Below, one piece after another: positions 26,477 to 32,000 of a stretch of DNA of 32,000 bases. The notes beneath the pieces are model-generated. The model was given only the letters and a program-made list of their open reading frames with translations. It was not told the DNA's origin and searched no databases. Made by a program: the position numbers and the translations under genes. This DNA is from Candidatus Pelagibacter sp. HTCC7211 (GTDB lineage: Bacteria; Pseudomonadota; Alphaproteobacteria; Pelagibacterales; Pelagibacteraceae). The first letter of the stretch is position 1, and the number at the start of each line of letters is the position of its first letter. The stretch covers positions 480,001 through 512,000 of the forward strand of contig NZ_DS995298.1 of assembly GCF_000155895.1 (NCBI RefSeq), written 5' to 3'.

Positions 26477-27860
26477 ATTAGCAAAATCTGAAATCATACA
26501 CTTTGTAGGTATTGGAGGGATTGGCATGAGCGGTTTATCCCTAATAATGAAAGGTAAAGGTTTTAAAATTCAGGGAAGTGATATTTCTACAAATAAAAAT
26601 ATTGAAAGACTTAAAAAAGAAAAAATAAAAGTATTAATTGGTCATAAAAAACAAAATATTAATAAAGCAACTATTTTAGTTGTATCTTCTGCAATTAAAA
26701 AAAATAATCCAGAGTTACTTGAGGCAAAAAAAAGACAATTGCCTATCTATAAAAGAGGAGAAATGTTAGCTAACATTGTCTCTTTAACAAAAAATATTGT
26801 AGTAGTTGGTTCACATGGTAAGACCACCACAACTTCGTTAATAGCATCAATTTTTCAGGAAACCAAAATAGATCCTACAATAATTAATGGTGGTGTTATT
26901 AATTCAATTAACAACTCAGCCAAACTAGGCAAAAGTGATTGGTCTATCCTAGAAGCAGATGAGTCTGATGGAAGCTTTGTTTACATACCCCCTACCTACT
27001 CAATCATAACAAACATTGATAGGGAGCACATGGATTACTATCGATCTATGAATGAATTAAATAGCTATTTCTTGAATTTTGTTAAAAAGGTTCCATCATT
27101 TGGAAAATCATTTATTTGTTTAGATGACAAAAATAATAGACATTTAATTAAAAAAATAGAAAATAAAAATTTTTATTCTTACGGTTTAGATCAAAAATCT
27201 AATTTTTGTATAAAAAATATAAAACAGCACAAAGATTATTCGCAATTTGATTTGAAAATTAGATTACCAAATAAAAAGAATCAAATGATTAAAAAATTCA
27301 GAATACCTTTATTGGGTAATCATAATATTAAAAATTCTGTTGCAGCCATAGCGGTATCATTAACGGTAGGTCTATCTGTTTTAAATATCAAAAAAGGTCT
27401 TAAAAATTTTAAAGGGGTTCAAAGAAGATTTAATAAAATATTTACATTAAATAAAGTAGATTTTTTTGATGACTATGCCCATCATCCAACGGAAATTATG
27501 GAAGTTCTTGATGGAATAAAAAATGTCTATAAAGATTATGAAAAAATATGTATTTTTCAACCACATAGAATATCAAGACTTAAAGACTTAAAAACAGAAT
27601 TTAGTCATGCATTTAAAAATGCAGATAAGGTAATTTTATTTCCAATATATACAGCTGGTGAAAAAATGAAACTTGGATTTAGCTATTTAAATTTTGCAAA
27701 ACAGATAATTAAAAATTCTAAAGTTCAACTAATTTTAGTAGATAATAAAATTCAATTAGCAAAATATATTAAAAACAGTATCTATGGAAAAAAGATAGTA
27801 ATTGGAATGGGTGCTGGATCTATTTCAACATGGATGCGAGAATTACCTAATCATTTGTGA
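26466..27860 (+). CDS. murC: UDP-N-acetylmuramate--L-alanine ligase
   Basis: 464-aa ORF: HFVGIGGIGMSGLS, P-loop GSHGKTTTTS, DDYAHHPTE. Confidence 0.93.
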   Translation: MKIKLAKSEIIHFVGIGGIGMSGLSLIMKGKGFKIQGSDISTNKNIERLKKEKIKVLIGHKKQNINKATILVVSSAIKKNNPELLEAKKRQLPIYKRGEMLANIVSLTKNIVVVGSHGKTTTTSLIASIFQETKIDPTIINGGVINSINNSAKLGKSDWSILEADESDGSFVYIPPTYSIITNIDREHMDYYRSMNELNSYFLNFVKKVPSFGKSFICLDDKNNRHLIKKIENKNFYSYGLDQKSNFCIKNIKQHKDYSQFDLKIRLPNKKNQMIKKFRIPLLGNHNIKNSVAAIAVSLTVGLSVLNIKKGLKNFKGVQRRFNKIFTLNKVDFFDDYAHHPTEIMEVLDGIKNVYKDYEKICIFQPHRISRLKDLKTEFSHAFKNADKVILFPIYTAGEKMKLGFSYLNFAKQIIKNSKVQLILVDNKIQLAKYIKNSIYGKKIVIGMGAGSISTWMRELPNHL

Positions 27861-28765
27861 TGAAAATTGATTTAGCAGAATTATCACAAGAGTTTAATGA
27901 TAACTTAAAACTAGATTACGATCTTAAAAAAAAAAATTGGTTTAATATTGGTGGTAAAACAAAAATTTACTATAAAGCTGATAATCTAAAAGAATTAATT
28001 AGATTTCTTAAAAAAATTGAAAATAATGAAAAAATATTTATTTTAGGTGGTGGGTCTAATACATTAATTACAGATGAACAATTTAATGGTGTTGTAATTA
28101 AGCTTACAAACAATTTTAATAATATTTCCTTACTATCAGATGAAATTATTATTGCAGGCAGTGCAGTTAGTGACAAGTCTTTATCTAATTTTGCTATGGA
28201 AAGTGGCTTAGGCGGATTTGAATTTCTTTCATGTATACCAGGTACAGTAGGTGGAGGAATAAAAATGAATGCTGGCTGTTTTAAGAGAGAATTTAAAGAT
28301 ATTTTGATTTCAATACAGGCATTAACAAAATCTGGAGAAGTTTTAACAATACCCGCAAAAGATATAAGTTTTAAATATAGAGATAGTGGATTGTCTGATG
28401 ATCTTATTTTTTTAAGTGCATCTTTTAGAGGTTTTAAAAAAGATAAGGAATTAATCAGAGATGAAATAATATCCCTTAAAGAAAAGAAAGAAATAGCTCA
28501 ACCTACCAAAATAAAAACAAGTGGAAGTACTTTTAAAAATCCATTAGATCAATCAGATAAAAAAGTTTGGCAATTAATCAAAGAATCAGTTCCTCTTGAA
28601 AAATCTTTTGGAGATGCTTGTATTTCAGAAAAACATTGTAATTTTTTTGTTAATAAAGGGAATGCAAGATTTGAGGACATGAAAAAGTTAATAGAATATG
28701 TGTCTGAAAGTGTTTTAAAAAAAACTGGTATTAAGTTAGAAACAGAAATTAAAATTTTAGAATAA
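27857..28765 (+). CDS. murB: UDP-N-acetylenolpyruvoylglucosamine reductase
   Basis: 302-aa ORF with FAD-binding domain motifs (GGGSNTL, PGTVGGGIKMNAG) and GSTFKNP. Confidence 0.9.
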   Translation: MMKIDLAELSQEFNDNLKLDYDLKKKNWFNIGGKTKIYYKADNLKELIRFLKKIENNEKIFILGGGSNTLITDEQFNGVVIKLTNNFNNISLLSDEIIIAGSAVSDKSLSNFAMESGLGGFEFLSCIPGTVGGGIKMNAGCFKREFKDILISIQALTKSGEVLTIPAKDISFKYRDSGLSDDLIFLSASFRGFKKDKELIRDEIISLKEKKEIAQPTKIKTSGSTFKNPLDQSDKKVWQLIKESVPLEKSFGDACISEKHCNFFVNKGNARFEDMKKLIEYVSESVLKKTGIKLETEIKILE

Positions 28766-28766
28766 A

Positions 28767-29681
28767 TTGAAAAAAAAAATTCTTATATTATCTGGAGGTA
28801 TTTCAAAAGAGAGATTAATTAGTCTTGACACAGGTTTTCAGGTTGCAAAAGAATTGAAAAAACATGGTTATGAAATAAGAATTTCTGAACCAGATAAAAG
28901 TTTAGAAAAAAAAATCAAAGAATTCAAACCATCAGTTATATTTAATGCTTTACACGGTCAGTTTGGAGAGGACGGATATATTCAAACTATTTTAGAACAA
29001 TTTAAAATACCCTATACTCATTCAGGAGTTATTGCTTCCTCTATTGCAATGGATAAAGAGATTTCTAAAAAAATCTTTAAAAAAAATAAAATTATAACTC
29101 CAAAACATATCAAATATTCATTTGATAAAATAAATTTAGAATTGGTTAATAAAATAAATAAAGAATTAAAATTTCCAGTAGTAGTTAAGCCAATTAATGA
29201 GGGCTCAAGTGTTAACGTATTTATTTGTACAAAAAAAAATATAAATCAAATTTTAAAAAAAATGAAAAGTTATAAACAAGTGATGATTGAAGAATTTATT
29301 GGTGGGAGGGAGATCCAGGTAGCAATCATGGGAAATAAAAAATTAGGAGCAATTGAGCTTAAACCTAAAAGAAAATTTTATGATTATCAGGCAAAATATA
29401 ATACTAATGCAAAAACACAGCACATTATACCAGTCGATTTGGATAAAAATAAATTAAATGAAGTTTTGAATATAGCACTTAAGGCACATAAAAAAATTGG
29501 ATGCAGAGGTGTAACGAGATCAGATTTTAAATTTTATAAAAATAAATTTTATTTATTAGAAATAAACACTCAACCAGGCATGACAAAACTATCGCTAGTT
29601 CCAGAAATAGCTGCATACCAAGGAATAAGTTTTTATAAATTAATTAATTGGATTTTAAAAGATGCCTCAACGAAAAGGTAA
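28767..29681 (+). CDS. ddl: D-alanine--D-alanine ligase
   Basis: 304-aa ORF (TTG start): SGGISKERLISL, HGQFGEDG, ATP-grasp core, EINTQPGMT. Confidence 0.93.
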   Translation: MKKKILILSGGISKERLISLDTGFQVAKELKKHGYEIRISEPDKSLEKKIKEFKPSVIFNALHGQFGEDGYIQTILEQFKIPYTHSGVIASSIAMDKEISKKIFKKNKIITPKHIKYSFDKINLELVNKINKELKFPVVVKPINEGSSVNVFICTKKNINQILKKMKSYKQVMIEEFIGGREIQVAIMGNKKLGAIELKPKRKFYDYQAKYNTNAKTQHIIPVDLDKNKLNEVLNIALKAHKKIGCRGVTRSDFKFYKNKFYLLEINTQPGMTKLSLVPEIAAYQGISFYKLINWILKDASTKR

Positions 29682-30339
29682 AAAGATATTAATTTATTTT
29701 TTTCTATTATTACTTGTTGGATCTATTAATAATGACACGATTGATAGTTTTAAGTTTGAAAAAATTAAAAATATTAATGTATTAGGATTAGGACATAATG
29801 ATAATCAAGTTTTATTGTATAACATTATTGATTTAGATTTAGGTAATGTTTTTTTTTTAGATAAAAAAAAGATTAATAAAATAATTAATTCAAATACTTT
29901 AATTCATGATTATGAGATTTTTAAAAGATACCCCCATTCTCTTGATATTAATGTAAAAAGAACAAAATTTTTAGCAAAGATAAAAGATGATAATAAATTT
30001 TTTTTAATCGGCTCAAATGGAAAATTATCTCCTATTAAACATGAAGATAAAAGTAACTATTTACCATTTATATTTGGCAAACCTGAAATAGATAAATTTT
30101 TAAAATTTAAAAAAACAATTGATGATTCCAAATTTAAATATAAAGATATTAATAATTTATTTTTTTTTTCATCTAATAGATGGGATATTCAGCTTAAAAA
30201 TGATCTATTAATTAAATTACCATCTAAAAATATTAAAAAAACTTTAGATTTAGTTTCGGATTTTTTACTAGAAAATGATAACAATATTATAAAAATAGTT
30301 GATGCAAGAATTCAAAATCAAATAATTTTAGATGATTGA
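29662..30339 (+). CDS. ftsQ: Cell division protein FtsQ
   Basis: 225-aa ORF in the ftsQ slot. Short cytoplasmic tail, one transmembrane helix (ILIYFFLLLLVGSI), then a POTRA-like segment. Called mainly from position and topology. Confidence 0.72.
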   Translation: MPQRKGKKILIYFFLLLLVGSINNDTIDSFKFEKIKNINVLGLGHNDNQVLLYNIIDLDLGNVFFLDKKKINKIINSNTLIHDYEIFKRYPHSLDINVKRTKFLAKIKDDNKFFLIGSNGKLSPIKHEDKSNYLPFIFGKPEIDKFLKFKKTIDDSKFKYKDINNLFFFSSNRWDIQLKNDLLIKLPSKNIKKTLDLVSDFLLENDNNIIKIVDARIQNQIILDD

Positions 30340-31033
30340 AGAAACAGATTTTGAAACATATTTATACCTATCAAGTAACAAATTTGAAATTTTTTTATTT
30401 GATAAAAAGCATATTAAAAATTTATTCCAAGAAACAATAACTTTCGAAAATGATTTTAATTTTTTAGAATTTACAGAGTTAACAAAATTTCTTGATAAAA
30501 ATATATTTAAAATAGAAAAACTAATTGGAACTTTTATAAAAAATATTTTTTTAATTATTGATAACAAAAATAATTTTATTATTAAGCTTAGTAATAAAAA
30601 AAAAATAGAAAACAAAGTTAACAAAGAAAGTTTAAAAAATACTTTAATAAAATTAAAAAATTTGATTAATGAAAATTATAAAAATCAAACAATAATGCAT
30701 ATATTGCTCAATAACCAATTAGTTTATGATAACATTGAAACTTCATTAATTGAAAATGAAAAAACTAATCCTCAATGTTTAGAAGTTAGTTTTATAACTA
30801 TATCTAATGATTTAATTATTAATTTAAATAAAGTTTTACAAAATTACCAAATTAAAATTTCAAAATATATAGATGGAAAATACGTCAAAGATTATTTTAA
30901 AGACGATAAATTAGAACTATCTTTAGCTACACATAAATTAATTAATGGTTTTAATAATAATGAGGTTATAATAGTCCCAAAAAATGCAGAAAATCATGGA
31001 TTTTTTGAGAGATTTTTTAACGTTTTTAGTTAA
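30332..31033 (+). CDS. Half-size FtsA-like protein (N-terminal 1A/1C-like region plus a C-terminal amphipathic helix)
   Basis: 233-aa ORF in the ftsA slot. By eye it aligns to roughly the first 200 residues of E. coli FtsA (for example IMHILLNNQLVYDNIE...NPQCLEVSFITISNDLIINLNKVLQNYQIKISKYI against [60 protein letters not shown]). The phosphate-binding DxG motifs are not conserved. Ends with HGFFERFFNVFS. Confidence 0.5.
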   Translation: MIEETDFETYLYLSSNKFEIFLFDKKHIKNLFQETITFENDFNFLEFTELTKFLDKNIFKIEKLIGTFIKNIFLIIDNKNNFIIKLSNKKKIENKVNKESLKNTLIKLKNLINENYKNQTIMHILLNNQLVYDNIETSLIENEKTNPQCLEVSFITISNDLIINLNKVLQNYQIKISKYIDGKYVKDYFKDDKLELSLATHKLINGFNNNEVIIVPKNAENHGFFERFFNVFS

Positions 31034-31097
31034 AATCGTTTTTTCTGGTAACATTAGTTGTATTTAAAAGTTGCTTGCACCATTCTAAAAGGATGAT

Positions 31098-32000
31098 GTG
31101 TCTTATCTTACTCAAAAAACTATAAAAAACCCTGTCTCATTCAGTGGAATTGCTTTGCATAACGGTTTAAATGTAAATGTTACTCTTAAATCAGCCAAAC
31201 CAAACGAAGGTATAGTTTTCAAAAGAGTAGATCTAAAAAATAACAATTTTATTTACCCAAATTATTTAAATGTAACCAATACCTCTTTAAATACCACTAT
31301 TGAAAATGAACATGGTGTAAAAGTTTCAACAATTGAACATTTGATGGGAGCATTATTTGGTTTAGGAATTGATAATGCACTTATTGAAATTGATAATGAA
31401 GAAGTTCCAATTTTAGATGGTTCGGCAAAAAACTTTATTGAAAAAATTATTTCATCTGGTTTTGATATAAGTGAAGAGCCAATTAAAATTATTAAAATAA
31501 ATAAAAAAATTGAATATTCTGACGGTAAAAGATTTATATCAATAGAACCATCAAAATTAAGTTTAGATATAGATTTTGAATTAAGGTTTAAAAATGAAAT
31601 AATTGGAAATCAAAGAAACAAGGTCAAAGTTTATGAAGATGATTTAACAGATGTATATAATTCAAGAACCTTTTGTTTGTTTGAAGATATTGAGTTTATC
31701 AAAAAAAATGGTCTCGCAAAAGGTGGAAGCTTGGATAATGCAATAGTGGTTAAGGATAAAGAGATACTAAACAAAGATGGTTTAAGAAATGATAAAGAAT
31801 TTGTTAACCATAAAATACTAGACTGCATAGGAGATCTATATACTTCTGGTTATAGAATTATTGGAAATGTTCTATGTTCTCAAGGAGGTCATTATCTAAC
31901 TAACCAATTATTAAGAAAAGTTTTTGTTGATAAAAATAATTTTTCAATAATAGAAATTAGAGAAAAAAATCTTCCACATACACTTATTAATAGAAATCTT
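31098..32000 (+). CDS. lpxC: UDP-3-O-acyl-N-acetylglucosamine deacetylase (runs to the window edge)
   Basis: Hand-translated from GTG at 31098 (aagga 5 nt upstream; in-frame stop at 31086): VSYLTQKTIKNPVSFSGIALHNGLNVNVTLKSAKPNEGIVFKRVDL...VSTIEHLMGALFGLGIDNALIEIDNEEVPILDGSA..., typical LpxC. No stop before position 32000, so it is absent from the ORF track. Confidence 0.92.
   Translation, partial: MSYLTQKTIKNPVSFSGIALHNGLNVNVTLKSAKPNEGIVFKRVDLKNNNFIYPNYLNVTNTSLNTTIENEHGVKVSTIEHLMGALFGLGIDNALIEIDNEEVPILDGSAKNFIEKIISSGFDISEEPIKIIKINKKIEYSDGKRFISIEPSKLSLDIDFELRFKNEIIGNQRNKVKVYEDDLTDVYNSRTFCLFEDIEFIKKNGLAKGGSLDNAIVVKDKEILNKDGLRNDKEFVNHKILDCIGDLYTSGYRIIGNVLCSQGGHYLTNQLLRKVFVDKNNFSIIEIREKNLPHTLINRNL

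Overview
AT-rich (about 30% GC by eye), very gene-dense window that looks alphaproteobacterial and SAR11/Pelagibacterales-like: Lys/Asn/Ile-rich proteins and many overlapping start/stop codons. Left part: carB (partial) and carA on the minus strand, then yqeY-dnaG-rpoD, then a tRNA-Val(GAC). Middle: a ~4.1-kb island (7025-11120) with no integrase, inserted into a tRNA(CAU) gene and bounded by a perfect 40-nt direct repeat of the tRNA 5' half. The island carries two translationally coupled C5-cytosine methyltransferases. It also carries a convergent nuclease that reads as an EcoRII-N-type DNA-binding domain fused to an HNH nuclease, an uncharacterised 112-aa ORF just upstream of that nuclease, and a small basic ORF absent from the supplied track. 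ATTTACCAAC repeats 73-83 bp inside both island ends resemble integrase arm sites. Right part: mlaC-mlaA (minus), an AmpD-type amidase, RNase P RNA, then a full dcw cell-wall/division cluster, followed by partial lpxC. The dcw cluster departs from the canonical order in three ways: ftsZ sits directly after mraZ, murE and murF are fused into one 947-aa ORF, and the ftsA slot holds a 233-aa half-size FtsA-like protein. Smaller observations: a (TGGGN-N5)x3 MraZ-type operator over a sigma70-like promoter, a DnaG zinc finger missing 3 of 4 zinc ligands, and non-canonical D/T loops in the tRNA-Val. I found no CRISPR array, rRNA, transposase or integrase. All homology calls come from motif recognition by eye; no searches were run.
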